Below, in pieces: positions 17,130 to 27,579 of a stretch of DNA of 64,000 bases. The stretch lies in the sequence record ON287375.1, one strand, 5' to 3'. The stretch's first letter is position 1, and each line of letters starts with the position of its first letter. The notes beneath the pieces were generated by a model. That model was not told where the DNA came from. It saw nothing but the letters and a program-made list of their open reading frames with translations, and did not search any database. The position numbers and the translations under genes were made by a program.

Positions 17130-17481
17130 GATTCTGGAGGACGCAGCATTTCTAAGACAACCAAAAGCTTATAAAGATGTGTACTTTATAAAGGTACTTA
17201 ACCCTGGAGATCGTAAAAGTATCTTTGTAAGTTTCAGGTACAAAATAGCTTCTGATATATGTTTGATCTGCCGTACTGAAATCAATCTGGAATATCCAGA
17301 AAAGAACACAAGTATCGCAATCAGCATACTGAAGATAAGAGAACGTGAATCATTCACCTTCTTCCGCAAACGTCAAGCAATTGTCGGACGATCTATTATC
17401 GAGATTCTCCAGAAAACAGTTGCCCCGTTATTAATAGATAAAATCACTAAAGTAAAGGAAATGAATAATGTCAATCGATAA
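17104..17481 (+). CDS. Basic hypothetical protein, 125 aa
   Basis: RBS GAGGAA; overlapping start. Confidence 0.8.
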   Translation: MGIRKTVNEILEDAAFLRQPKAYKDVYFIKVLNPGDRKSIFVSFRYKIASDICLICRTEINLEYPEKNTSIAISILKIRERESFTFFRKRQAIVGRSIIEILQKTVAPLLIDKITKVKEMNNVNR

Positions 17482-17872
17482 AAGCACTTCTGCAGTAAAA
17501 GTATTCGCTACCCGTAAGCTGGTAGAGATCATGGAAGAGATCAAAGGTAAACAGATCCCAAACATGTGGAAGTTTGAAGACACAGTCGGCTTCAGTATCA
17601 ACATTACCGAAGGTGACCTGAACTTTACCGTACAAGCTGCCGCAGCTCCTGTGCAAGAAGCGGGTGCTGGTAACTTCCTGATTCGCATTCAATCTACCTT
17701 TACTGGCAAAGCGGTCATGAAACAAGGTTATCATTTCCCAGCAACACCAGTTGGTCAAATGGTAGTCATGGACTTCCCGCTGTATGCTGAAGATGAACAA
17801 GAACTTACTGATGGTATTGCTCAGATCATCCAAGATGAAGCTGAGAACATTCTGTGTCAGATACTGCAATAA
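17468..17872 (+). CDS. Hypothetical protein, 134 aa
   Basis: RBS AAGGAA; biased codons. Confidence 0.85.
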   Translation: MSIDKSTSAVKVFATRKLVEIMEEIKGKQIPNMWKFEDTVGFSINITEGDLNFTVQAAAAPVQEAGAGNFLIRIQSTFTGKAVMKQGYHFPATPVGQMVVMDFPLYAEDEQELTDGIAQIIQDEAENILCQILQ

Positions 17873-18014
17873 GTTCGCAGGACACGTTGTAAGCAATTGT
17901 TTTAAGTAATACTACTGTTTGTATCATGTAGGTAGAAAAGTCTCTTAGATTTCGATCTGTGAGACTTAATCTCCATCTGACAAAAACCAATCTCATTTAA
18001 AGGAAAGTAAAATC

Positions 18015-18965
18015 ATGTCTAAAGACTTTAACCTCTATCATTTCGGTGGCACTGGTATCAACATTCTGAACCGTTATCTTTCAGAAGGTAAGAACAGTCG
18101 TTTCATCGATCAGGTAGTTGCCCTGGATACTTCTGAAGCAAACCCAGTAGTTGACGGAATGTATCCACTAGAACGTCTGGAAGGTGTTGAAGGTTCTGGT
18201 GGTGATCGTCGTGCTCATGCTGATAAGTATGCCGACTTTGTTAAACAAGTGTTTGCTAAATACAAACCAAACAAAATCAACATCCTGACTTATTCACTGT
18301 CTGGCGGTACTGGTGCTTCAATGGGTCCTTATGCTCTGCGCTATCTGCTGCAGAAAAAGATCCCAGTACTAGTTATCTGTATTGGTGACAAGTCTACCTT
18401 CAATGAAGAGAAGAACACCGTTGAAGCTCTGGGCTCGATGTACAACCAGATCAAAACTGGTTCTCCAGTTCTGTTCAACTACATTGAAAACAGCGCAACT
18501 GTTTCTCAGGGTCAGGTTAACCAACGTGCAGTTGGTGAAATTGATAATGCATTGATGATGTTCAACATGGAAAACGAACGCATCGATTATGCAGACATCA
18601 AGAACTTCTTCTTCTTTACTGATGTGACACAAGCTGATCCAATCATGAGTCAGGTGACTTTCCTGGCTGAAGGTGATATCGGTCGCTATGATCGTAAACC
18701 GGTTGCGGCTATCAGCCTGTATAACAACATTGACGAAATCCGTGCACCATTCGAAAACATGTTGTATCGTAAGTCAGGTCTGTTCGGCGAATCGTTCTCT
18801 GGTATGTCTGTTCCTGTACACGCAGTACTGGATCATGGTGATACCATTCAGTCACTGAAAACCCTGATCGAAAATAAAGAAACCAAGAACAATGAACTGG
18901 CCGGTCAATTCCGTAATAAAGAAGTTGACCTGTTCGGTAGTTCTGACGATGACGGTATGATGTAA
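18015..18965 (+). CDS. phuZ: Phage tubulin PhuZ
   Basis: FGGTGINI, DTSEAN, tubulin signature SLSGGTGAS, acidic C-tail DDDGMM; syntenic with phiKZ gp39. Confidence 0.95.
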   Translation: MSKDFNLYHFGGTGINILNRYLSEGKNSRFIDQVVALDTSEANPVVDGMYPLERLEGVEGSGGDRRAHADKYADFVKQVFAKYKPNKINILTYSLSGGTGASMGPYALRYLLQKKIPVLVICIGDKSTFNEEKNTVEALGSMYNQIKTGSPVLFNYIENSATVSQGQVNQRAVGEIDNALMMFNMENERIDYADIKNFFFFTDVTQADPIMSQVTFLAEGDIGRYDRKPVAAISLYNNIDEIRAPFENMLYRKSGLFGESFSGMSVPVHAVLDHGDTIQSLKTLIENKETKNNELAGQFRNKEVDLFGSSDDDGMM

Positions 18966-18974
18966 TAACTGGAG

Positions 18975-18998
18975 GCCCTGGCATGTCCAGGGCTTTTT
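18975..18998 (+). terminator. Intrinsic terminator after phuZ
   Basis: GCCCTGG-catgt-CCAGGGC then TTTTT. Confidence 0.8.
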
Positions 18999-19007
18999 AT
19001 ATTGCCT

Positions 19008-19295
19008 ATGAAGATCTTATTTAATTTAGCAAATCAACGCGGAGCATTGTCTCAAATATCTAAAAATGATGTTGGGACGGCACATGCTATTTTATCCAGA
19101 ATCTGTTTAGATCAAGGACTCCCAGTAGATCATCACCACTTTGATGCTAATCTCTCTTTAGAACACGCCATTGTGTTTGAGAACGTAAAGGCTTATGCTG
19201 AAGAGAAATTGTTGTTCATCCCCACTCCAGATGTCGCGGTCTTATCTGACCTCGGTAATCTTCAATTCCAACTCACTTTACATAATCGGGAATAA
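19008..19295 (+). CDS. Hypothetical protein, about 95 aa
   Basis: ORF in the block between phuZ and the DNA polymerase. Confidence 0.75.
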   Translation: MKILFNLANQRGALSQISKNDVGTAHAILSRICLDQGLPVDHHHFDANLSLEHAIVFENVKAYAEEKLLFIPTPDVAVLSDLGNLQFQLTLHNRE

Positions 19296-19298
19296 GTC

Positions 19299-19772
19299 AT
19301 GTTTAACATCGATAGGCCATCACTAATAACGGCTATCGCAATATCCCTCGAACCCAATCTACGCAATGTAGAAGATAAACAGCCAGAATACATTAAGTAC
19401 TTCCATGTTGTACTTGATATGGCTTTGGGTGTTATGAATAGTAAGATCCGTAACATCGATGATGCAATTGATGAGCAGTATTCACTTTATCCTGATGATA
19501 AGAACTTGCCATGGTTGGCAGAAACAGTTCGTCAGTTGGTTGTGGATATTAAAACTCAGTTCATTCAAGCTGGGTTCGATAATCGACTGAAATACAAAAT
19601 CGTGACTCGCCCAATCGGTCTTCATAAACTCTATGGTATTGGGATGGATTTGGAAGCAACAATGGCATCTATGATGTCTAGCTTACCAGACGGAACTGAA
19701 GAAGTCGAAGAAACACTGATGGTATCAGAGAACCCAACTTATGAGCAACTTGAAGCAGCCTACAACTGGTGA
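19299..19772 (+). CDS. Hypothetical protein, probably conserved in chimalliviruses
   Basis: Position between phuZ and the polymerase; tight packing. Confidence 0.8.
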   Translation: MFNIDRPSLITAIAISLEPNLRNVEDKQPEYIKYFHVVLDMALGVMNSKIRNIDDAIDEQYSLYPDDKNLPWLAETVRQLVVDIKTQFIQAGFDNRLKYKIVTRPIGLHKLYGIGMDLEATMASMMSSLPDGTEEVEETLMVSENPTYEQLEAAYNW

Positions 19773-20310
19773 GTTTATTCTAGTAGGGAGATTCGATATT
19801 GAAGTTGAATCTTACCTTGAGTCTAAGCAGCACCTGGCCTCTACTTTAATAAAGGAAGAGGATAAGCCAGCTTTAGTTGATGCACTTCGTATTTGGTTAG
19901 TTAAAAATGTGGGGTGCTTTAATATCGTTGGCGGTTATCATCCGGTAGTTAACCTGAATCTTTGGTTTGACCACGATGCACTTACGGAAGAGTTCGATGA
20001 ACTTTTATTATCATTCCGTGATTGGTTGAATATGATCTATGCTCTGGATACCAAGAAAGTTTATAACTTGTTACGTTATATCAGACCTGACACGTTTATC
20101 CTTTTCGATGGTGATATCCCAGCAGATTTGATCCCTCCTCCAATCGAAGAACCTATTGATCATGAAGTCCAAGAGGTCATCGGTTTCATTGAAGAATTTG
20201 AACAAAGACTGAATGAAAAGTTAAGTTCAAACTTTGATGTTGAATGGTTTATAAAAGACACATTCCCTAAAACTGAACTTCCCAAAATGTTGGAGAAGTA
20301 CTTTATATAA
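19741..20310 (+). CDS. Acidic hypothetical protein, 189 aa
   Basis: Overlapping ORF in an operon. Confidence 0.8.
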   Translation: MSNLKQPTTGEFILVGRFDIEVESYLESKQHLASTLIKEEDKPALVDALRIWLVKNVGCFNIVGGYHPVVNLNLWFDHDALTEEFDELLLSFRDWLNMIYALDTKKVYNLLRYIRPDTFILFDGDIPADLIPPPIEEPIDHEVQEVIGFIEEFEQRLNEKLSSNFDVEWFIKDTFPKTELPKMLEKYFI

Positions 20311-20318
20311 GGAGTCCT

Positions 20319-20621
20319 ATGGTTAGGATGTTATCGGTTAACATCTATCCACTTCTTCGAATAGTAAAACGATATAATCTAGACCAGGACCTCTTCTTTA
20401 GAATAATTCTGAATTTCCTCTCGCATCGTCGGGAGGAAATTCTTAATGTTCAATTGTCCAAATGGTTTAGTTCATTTGAGATCTCATTAAAAAGTGAGAT
20501 GAAGCCTATTATATACGAACTCTTAAGTGAGTTAGACTATTCGGATAATGTGGAAGATTATTTCATCTTAAATGGTCGGTTCTATATTAAGGAAAACCCA
20601 GATGCAACAGAACCTGAATGA
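20319..20621 (+). CDS. Hypothetical protein, 100 aa
   Basis: RBS TAAGGAG. Confidence 0.8.
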   Translation: MVRMLSVNIYPLLRIVKRYNLDQDLFFRIILNFLSHRREEILNVQLSKWFSSFEISLKSEMKPIIYELLSELDYSDNVEDYFILNGRFYIKENPDATEPE

Positions 20622-20919
20622 ACAGCCTTTGGCAATGTTCTCGCACACCATGACTTTCCCTGGCGTGCCATTGGAGAACTTGGTATCGTCGATAGCTTTA
20701 TTATTATCTGCGTACGGTGTTAAACACCAACTACCAACTTCACCGACTTTCACAACTGAAGGTCTCACCAGTGGCGATAATAATCGTGATCAGCGATTCG
20801 TAACTGAATATATGCAGTTTAAGCTGATGCTGGAAGATTTATCCCGTCAATATACAACTGTCCAGTGTACCGCACAATCTAACGGAGCATCGGTATACTT
20901 GAGGTTCAGTTGTTACTAG
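20602..20919 (+). CDS. Hypothetical protein, about 105 aa
   Basis: Start moved to ATG 20602 (RBS TAAGGAA). Confidence 0.8.
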   Translation: MQQNLNEQPLAMFSHTMTFPGVPLENLVSSIALLLSAYGVKHQLPTSPTFTTEGLTSGDNNRDQRFVTEYMQFKLMLEDLSRQYTTVQCTAQSNGASVYLRFSCY

Positions 20920-20928
20920 GAGAGCGTA

Positions 20929-21543
20929 ATGTACGTTCATGTAAACAACTTCGATTATGATGAATTGCTTAATGGTCTCGTTAAGCATTATCATCTTGAC
21001 GATGTACCGCTGACTGATGAGATTGTAAGTAAGATCTTTGAAAGCATCAGTGAAAAATATAAATTAAACAAACGCAACACTATGTCTGAACTGGAAATCA
21101 GTTTGGTGGAAGAATTCTTCCGAGTGGTGAGTTTGTGGTCTGATTTCATGCCTGGTGATGATACTGAAACCTTCCTTGAAAGTAAAGGAATGGAAATCAG
21201 TGAATCCCTGGCTTTGATTGAAGAAGTGTTCCTGGCCGGTGTCGGCGAAGAAGATGAACTTAACCGTTTGTTTGAAATCGCAACTAAGTTTGATGGTTAT
21301 GATTTCACCGATGAAGAATCCATTGGTGAGTTCAGTGCTAACCTTTCCAATTTAATCGACTCCTATAACAACATGCAGTGGACGGATGCGGAACTGTTTA
21401 TTCTTGGTCATATTGACCGAGCATTAATGGATCTTGAAATTCTGACTGATGTTGAAGTAGTTCCAGTTGCTGGTAAAGTAGTCAAGTATGGGGATACTTT
21501 GATAACCTTCCCTATTATCTTGATAAAGGTTTCTAACCCATGA
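20929..21543 (+). CDS. Acidic hypothetical protein, 204 aa
   Basis: RBS AGGAG. Confidence 0.85.
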   Translation: MYVHVNNFDYDELLNGLVKHYHLDDVPLTDEIVSKIFESISEKYKLNKRNTMSELEISLVEEFFRVVSLWSDFMPGDDTETFLESKGMEISESLALIEEVFLAGVGEEDELNRLFEIATKFDGYDFTDEESIGEFSANLSNLIDSYNNMQWTDAELFILGHIDRALMDLEILTDVEVVPVAGKVVKYGDTLITFPIILIKVSNP

Positions 21544-21971
21544 GCGATTTGAACACTCTTCAGAAAAACGACATCATTAACTTCGATATGATTCGACCTG
21601 GTATTTTTGGCGCTCAGTATAAGAGCGCTTTAATTACTGGTATTGTCGATTATAATACAGCCCGCATTATCGATCCCGATGTGTATGCTAAACACCAGGC
21701 ATTCTATCCATTCTTCAAAGATTCGGTAGATAACGTAAACAACCCGGAAATTTATAACTATCTCATTCTGCAATTGGACCCAACCAAAGCTGAACGTATT
21801 GTTATCGGTTTCCCATGGATTGACAAAGATTCACTGAAAACAATCCAGTCCCGTTATGCAACGGTAATCATTCAGAACTTCCAGGAATATCAACGTGCAC
21901 CATTAGTTGATTTCTTAGAAGGCATGAATGTGACGTACACCCTGGTTATCGAAGATACTAATAAGAAATAA
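21540..21971 (+). CDS. Hypothetical protein (positional equivalent of the gene before phiKZ gp50)
   Basis: ATGA overlap; 17-bp terminator stem at 21977-22014. Confidence 0.8.
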   Translation: MSDLNTLQKNDIINFDMIRPGIFGAQYKSALITGIVDYNTARIIDPDVYAKHQAFYPFFKDSVDNVNNPEIYNYLILQLDPTKAERIVIGFPWIDKDSLKTIQSRYATVIIQNFQEYQRAPLVDFLEGMNVTYTLVIEDTNKK

Positions 21972-22061
21972 TTATCAGATTACTGAGCTTACCATAAGGT
22001 AGGCTCGGTAATCTATTTACCCAATACTTTTTTTTTCTTTCTCTAAATGAGGGAATTGAAT

Positions 22062-24140
22062 ATGTCATCTGCTGGACCATTCCTCTCAGAAGAATATACC
22101 AGTGATCGCAACATTTTAAAACATGCGGTTAATCAATACGCTTTAGTTGTAAGTCGAGTACGCGGTGAGGATGAAGATACTGTACGTCAGAACCTGATGA
22201 AGTATTTTAAATCTAACCAGGAAAAGTTCCGCTCTCGTCGTGCAAAAGTTATTATCAAAAATAAGAACGAAGATCGTGAGTTGAAAGTTATTCCTCTGTC
22301 TTCTGTCTTTAAACATGTTCAGGCTAATAACTATCACTTTAGTCCATCAATGGTTGCATACACCAACTCAGATAAAGAAGAGTGTGTTAACTCAATTGGG
22401 ACACGTCTGTTCATTGATAACCGTTCTTACTATAAAGGACTGCGTCAGAAAGCTAAAGCTGATAACGATCCAGATCTCTATGGTAAGTACCACGAATTAC
22501 AAAACGCCTTTAAGATCTTTAACAACGCCCAATCTGGCGCTATGAGTTCCGAAGGTACACCAATTAACAACAAGACTGGTCATACTTCATTGACTTCCAC
22601 TTGTCGTTGCTTGACCTCCACAGCTAACCTTATTAATGAACAGTTCATTGCCGGTAACCGTTTCTATAATACACCAGAGAACACATTACAGGCAATTGTA
22701 GCTCGACTTAAGGTAACTGACTATAAAGCACTGGAAGATGTAATGGAGAAATATAAACTCCATTATGCGACTGTTGATGATGTAATGGGTCAAGTAGAGT
22801 ACTGCTCTCGTCGTTATTGGGAATCAGCCCGTCACACCAGAATCATCCGTGACTTTGTTGAGAAGTTAAGTGGTTTAGAGCGTTCATCTATTCTGTACAC
22901 CATGGATTTGGTTCAGTTGTTTAACCATAACCGTGAAGTCGTTTCAGAGTTCTTTGATCGTTGGGTCGCAATGAATGATCCAGAAGAAGGGAAAACTGCT
23001 GATGATTACTTAGCCCCAGACAACGGGGATAAGTGGACATTGTGCATTTCCAAACTTCCAAATAAACCACCTAAGGTCGCAGTTAACGCACTGAATGAAT
23101 CTCATATGAAGGTTGAAACTGAATATGCTGATTTCATGCGTCAATTCTTCCATTCACCAATTCCACCATCTGGTTTATTTGATGTTGTATCTGCTGTACG
23201 TGACTGTGTACTGACTTCTGACACTGACTCCTCGATTTATACCGTGGATGAAATGATCGAAGCTTATACTCATGACCGTGATAAGGGTGTTAAACTTAAC
23301 GCAGTACTGACTTACTTCATCCGCATGATTTCTGTTGACCAACACCAACAATTGTCGGCTAACCTAAACGTAACCAAGAAAAACTTGCGTATGTTGGGTA
23401 TGAAGAATGAATACTACTTCGGTGCTTACGTTACTACTTTGATGTCTAAACACTATTATGCCAGCCAGCTTATGGTTGAAGGTGTTATGAACCATGAACC
23501 AGAAATGGAAATCAAAGGGGTTCACCTTAAGTCTTCTAAGATCGCATCGAACATCAAAGACTTCGCCCAGAAGTTAATGAATGATACTTTAGTCGCTATC
23601 GAGAAGAAACAGAAGTTGAATGCAGCAGAAACACTGAAAGAGATTGGGGACCTGGAACGCACAATCATTGATGATATTCACGCAGGTGACTGGAAGTGGT
23701 TATCTCGTCAAGGTGTTAAATCTGCCGCAGCTTATTCTAAGCCTATGGCATCAGTATACTTCTACCATGAACTGTGGGAAAATGTATTCAGCGATAAATA
23801 TGGTCCAGCTCCAGAGCTTCCATATATCGGTGTTAAGATGTCAGTTGACTTAGGTAGTAAAACCAAGGTTAAAGAGTTTATTGAAAAGATCGAAGATCGT
23901 GAACTGGCCGATAAGCTTGAGAAGTTTATGGAGAAGACAGGTCGTACTGATTTAGGTAACCTAGTTGTACCCATGGAACGTCTTCAGTACATGGCGGATA
24001 TCCCTACGGAAATCAAGCAATGTATCGATTATCGTACCGTTATCAAACAGAACCTTAAATGTGTTTATGAGGTTCTTAACTCAACTGGTTTGTACTTCAT
24101 GAATGACTCCATAACTCGTTTAGTATCCGACGAACACTAA
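22062..24140 (+). CDS. Split family-B DNA polymerase, C-terminal subunit (phiKZ gp50-like)
   Basis: Motif B KIFNNAQSG, motif C VLTSDTDSS, KHYY and EIKG motifs; motif A and exonuclease absent. Confidence 0.9.
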   Translation: MSSAGPFLSEEYTSDRNILKHAVNQYALVVSRVRGEDEDTVRQNLMKYFKSNQEKFRSRRAKVIIKNKNEDRELKVIPLSSVFKHVQANNYHFSPSMVAYTNSDKEECVNSIGTRLFIDNRSYYKGLRQKAKADNDPDLYGKYHELQNAFKIFNNAQSGAMSSEGTPINNKTGHTSLTSTCRCLTSTANLINEQFIAGNRFYNTPENTLQAIVARLKVTDYKALEDVMEKYKLHYATVDDVMGQVEYCSRRYWESARHTRIIRDFVEKLSGLERSSILYTMDLVQLFNHNREVVSEFFDRWVAMNDPEEGKTADDYLAPDNGDKWTLCISKLPNKPPKVAVNALNESHMKVETEYADFMRQFFHSPIPPSGLFDVVSAVRDCVLTSDTDSSIYTVDEMIEAYTHDRDKGVKLNAVLTYFIRMISVDQHQQLSANLNVTKKNLRMLGMKNEYYFGAYVTTLMSKHYYASQLMVEGVMNHEPEMEIKGVHLKSSKIASNIKDFAQKLMNDTLVAIEKKQKLNAAETLKEIGDLERTIIDDIHAGDWKWLSRQGVKSAAAYSKPMASVYFYHELWENVFSDKYGPAPELPYIGVKMSVDLGSKTKVKEFIEKIEDRELADKLEKFMEKTGRTDLGNLVVPMERLQYMADIPTEIKQCIDYRTVIKQNLKCVYEVLNSTGLYFMNDSITRLVSDEH

Positions 24141-24161
24141 TCAATTCTATGTAAAACTATT

Positions 24162-24193
24162 GAACCCTACCTCGCACTAAGCGGGTAGGGTTC
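24162..24193. terminator. Bidirectional terminator between convergent genes
   Basis: GAACCCTACCTCGC...GCGGGTAGGGTTC. Confidence 0.75.
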
Positions 24194-24208
24194 GTGATAG
24201 ATATATAT

Positions 24209-25327
24209 TTATTTCAAACGACTAACTTGTTCGTGAAGCATGCTGAAATGCTTTCTCCAAACAGGATCTTTGATTTGGTTTTCTTGAGTAGTTACCGATA
24301 ACTGATAATAAAGAGCAAGATCAGTTCTCAGTTTACCATCCACGGCACCAACAAAGTTACTGTATTCCAGATAAGGCTTCACCATACCCAACGAAGCAAT
24401 GGTCCATACCCAACTCATTTGAACAAAGAACAATGACTTACCTGCTTGAGGGAAGATCATTTTATTCTGATCAACTGAGATATTAGTTACGGCATTGACT
24501 TGTACAAAGTTAGTGAAAGACTTCATGGGTTGAGATAACAAGTATCTATTCTTGAAGTCAGTATAGTCAATCAGGTTTTGGAAATAAGGTTCCAGATTGA
24601 ATGGGCCTTTCTTTATATCAATCTTACCGGCATTACCATTAAGGTAATTGTAGTTAGCCAGCTCATTATGATATAAATAGAAGTTCATTAAAGGAAGACC
24701 CGCCAAATAACCATGAGGACTGTTACCCCATTCCACTCCACGTTGAAGGTGTCTCCAATACCCGATTACAAGAGCATACACGTCGATCTGAGCAATGGTG
24801 TAAGCTTCAGTACCTAATGTATAATCTTTAGTATCAATCAGCTCTATGGAGTTCCAACGCTGTTTGGTATCGGTGGTGTAAATAGGATAAATCGGAACGA
24901 GTGTATTTATTTCGTTATTGAAGTATCCATTAATTTGTGAGGTAGAGGGTTTATCAAAAGGAACAACCAAAAGTGTATTGTGATTCTTTTCAGGATACAA
25001 GCTGAACAGGTGGTTCTTACCTCTATTATAGAGGGATGTAAAATTGACTGCGCTCGCATACTGTTGAATGTGTGAATCAATTACATTAATTAAGTAGTTG
25101 CGATCCCATTCTACGTTCACGGAAAACATTAGCAGAAATTGAACTAATGGATTCTCGTTGGGAAGAACTCTGTTACCAAGGTTGATCCAGTCTTCATACC
25201 GGTCATCATTCCTGGCCATAATACGCCTCAGGTTTCCGAGTGTTCCCCACTCCCTGACCGCGTAGTTCAACCCATTGGGCGAAAGCTTAAAGTAAGACAT
25301 TAATAGAAGCCTCTGGAATATCATCAT
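24209..25327 (-). CDS. Probable virion structural protein (phiKZ gp52-like by position)
   Basis: 372-aa minus-strand gene between the polymerase and chmA. Confidence 0.75.
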   Translation of the reverse strand: MMIFQRLLLMSYFKLSPNGLNYAVREWGTLGNLRRIMARNDDRYEDWINLGNRVLPNENPLVQFLLMFSVNVEWDRNYLINVIDSHIQQYASAVNFTSLYNRGKNHLFSLYPEKNHNTLLVVPFDKPSTSQINGYFNNEINTLVPIYPIYTTDTKQRWNSIELIDTKDYTLGTEAYTIAQIDVYALVIGYWRHLQRGVEWGNSPHGYLAGLPLMNFYLYHNELANYNYLNGNAGKIDIKKGPFNLEPYFQNLIDYTDFKNRYLLSQPMKSFTNFVQVNAVTNISVDQNKMIFPQAGKSLFFVQMSWVWTIASLGMVKPYLEYSNFVGAVDGKLRTDLALYYQLSVTTQENQIKDPVWRKHFSMLHEQVSRLK

Positions 25328-25463
25328 TAAAAAATTAATGAAGATATTAATTATATGTAAAAATAAACTTTCAAGGGTCTTCCTTGAAAGCTAGACGTGA
25401 GTCGCATGTCTATTTGAATGTATTCATACGATTTAACGTTGTAATTTTCCACTCTCTAAAATA

Positions 25464-25500
25464 TTTGAAGTCTATATTATTAGAGTGTATAAGGAAACAG
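25464..25500 (+). promoter_or_regulatory. Early promoter of chmA
   Basis: TTTGAAGTCTATATTATTAGAGTGTATAAGGAAACA; 25 nt identical to the site at about 55869-55893. Confidence 0.7.
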
Positions 25501-25564
25501 ATGTTTCTATTATCCCTCACCAAACGTTAACGTTAACCATAAACACTTTATTAAGGAATTCCAA

Positions 25565-27481
25565 ATGTCTCTCGATAACAACATGAACGCAAACAACGCT
25601 AACTCTTCTTCTAACAACAACGCTGGTAAAAACACTATGCAATCTTCAAATGCTCTGTTCGGTCTGCTGGGTGAAGCGAACCTGTTCTCTTCTACTCACT
25701 CTATCGCTGAAGTAAAAGACATCCAGAAATCTCTGGAAGAAACCATCAAGTACCTGCAGAAGAACACTGCATCTCAGTCTCAGAAAATCTCTCTGCCGAC
25801 TCTGGTTCAGTCTATTACTTCTGACATCAGTTCTCAGCTGCCAGGTCTGACCATCTCCACTGTGATCGACGGCACCCGCTACGTCATGCCAGTTCTGTTC
25901 TACAAAACTGGTGTTACTGAAGCTACCGAAGTGATCATGCTGGCTAACGAAAACATGCCTCGCGGTATCGCTAAAGTACCAGCGTCCTTCATGAACCAGG
26001 AACTGATGGAGAAGATCAAATCTACTTCTGCATTCCACGAAGGCCAGCAGATGAAGAACGTTGTCATCATCGCTCCTTCTGTAGTTAACCTGGAAACCTT
26101 CATCAAGAACGCAGTGAAAGCTGAAGACGTTGTTCCAGAAGTTCGTACCAACCTGCTGAAAGAGTGGAACACTGCTCTGTACAACCTGGTTGTTCTGGAA
26201 GTTACCAAACAAGGCGTTCAGTTCCCAACTCCGTTCAAAGACGGTAAACTGTTCGGTAAAGATGATGCAGCTGTGGCTCGTATCGAACCTGTAAACCGTG
26301 CGACCATCGACGGCAAACCAGTTCCATACAACCTGGCAGTTAAACTGCACACTACCAACAAAAACAACACGCAGAACATGAACAGCAACAACACTCGTTC
26401 TATCTGCACCACTTACCTGAAAGTGTCTCTGGAAGCAATGTCTCAGGCTCAGTTCCTGCAGGCTCGTCAGCTGCGTCCAGGCGTTAACGTAGGCCCACTG
26501 GTTCCAGTAATCTCTACTGGTATCACTATCCCTGGCGAAACCCTGAACAACAACAACTCCATGCTGACTGCTCTGCTGGGTCTGTACGCATCTATCGGTG
26601 CAAACCAGATGCAGTTCTTCTCTGAAGCATTCCGTGGTAAAGAAGTTGGTCATTCCGGTAACCTGGGTAACTTCAACAACTACCTGACTCAGATGTTGGG
26701 CGGTGCTTACGGCACCAGCCAGATGATCACCGATAAGAACATCACCAACGCTGCACAGGTAAACCAGTGGCTGAACAGCTACGTTGCTCCGAACGCAGTA
26801 TACGTTCTGGATCTGGCATCCTTCACCGAAGACGTTTCTAACTCCGACTTCTGGTGGAACATCATCGGTCAGCCTAATGGTTCTACTTACCATAAAGCTC
26901 TGATCAACCTGATGGACGTTCTGTCTAACAAAGCTTTCAGCCGCATCATCTCTGAAAATGCTTCCAAAGGTCAGAACCGTGATCCTCGTAAAGACTGGAC
27001 TGCAGGTGATGCAATCCTGAAACCTACTCCGATCATGATGCCTGCTGGTATCGCTCGTGGTAAAGATGGCAAATGGTTCGACCTGGCAGAAGTTGACGGC
27101 ATGTTCCTGCGTCAGGAAAACTACTACGGTCAAAACGAACCAGCTGTTAACCAATACCTGGGTCTGATCAACGGCGCAACCGGTACCGATCCAAAAGCTC
27201 GTCAGTACGCTATCTACAACCTGCTGAATCAACTGTTCGATACCAACGTAATCATCGAAGGTTGGAAACGTCGTTTCGTATGGGAAGATGCGTTCTTCAA
27301 CACCGCAGCACGCGCAATGGCAACTGCTGGTGCAATGACCATGTCTGCAAGCAACAACGTATCCGCATGGCAGGTACAACACAGCAACGATTACCTGAAC
27401 TACACTATGTCTGCAGTTCTGCAGCAGGGTATGCAGGTAGGCGCAATGGGTGGCTTCTCTGGCGCATACACCCACTACTAA
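25565..27481 (+). CDS. chmA: Chimallin, major phage-nucleus shell protein (phiKZ gp54-like)
   Basis: 638 aa, immediately upstream of nvRNAP beta' N, extreme high-expression codon bias, low-complexity termini, own promoter and terminator. Confidence 0.88.
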   Translation: MSLDNNMNANNANSSSNNNAGKNTMQSSNALFGLLGEANLFSSTHSIAEVKDIQKSLEETIKYLQKNTASQSQKISLPTLVQSITSDISSQLPGLTISTVIDGTRYVMPVLFYKTGVTEATEVIMLANENMPRGIAKVPASFMNQELMEKIKSTSAFHEGQQMKNVVIIAPSVVNLETFIKNAVKAEDVVPEVRTNLLKEWNTALYNLVVLEVTKQGVQFPTPFKDGKLFGKDDAAVARIEPVNRATIDGKPVPYNLAVKLHTTNKNNTQNMNSNNTRSICTTYLKVSLEAMSQAQFLQARQLRPGVNVGPLVPVISTGITIPGETLNNNNSMLTALLGLYASIGANQMQFFSEAFRGKEVGHSGNLGNFNNYLTQMLGGAYGTSQMITDKNITNAAQVNQWLNSYVAPNAVYVLDLASFTEDVSNSDFWWNIIGQPNGSTYHKALINLMDVLSNKAFSRIISENASKGQNRDPRKDWTAGDAILKPTPIMMPAGIARGKDGKWFDLAEVDGMFLRQENYYGQNEPAVNQYLGLINGATGTDPKARQYAIYNLLNQLFDTNVIIEGWKRRFVWEDAFFNTAARAMATAGAMTMSASNNVSAWQVQHSNDYLNYTMSAVLQQGMQVGAMGGFSGAYTHY

Positions 27482-27520
27482 TAACTAGTAGTAAAAAGCT
27501 GAAGTGTAATTAACTAAATC

Positions 27521-27560
27521 AACAGAGAGGGTGGGTGAAAGCCCTCCTCTCTGTTTGTTT
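27521..27560 (+). terminator. Terminator after chmA
   Basis: AACAGAGAGG..GGGT-GAAA-GCCC..CCTCTCTGTT followed by T-rich tail. Confidence 0.8.
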
Positions 27561-27579
27561 TTATAGGGGTTTTATTTTT

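Noticed and set aside
25646-27475. 609-aa antisense ORF inside chmA
   Set aside because: It is in codon register with chmA and exists because chmA avoids TTA/CTA/TCA codons. It ends exactly at a TCA (25646). No RBS and an implausible composition.
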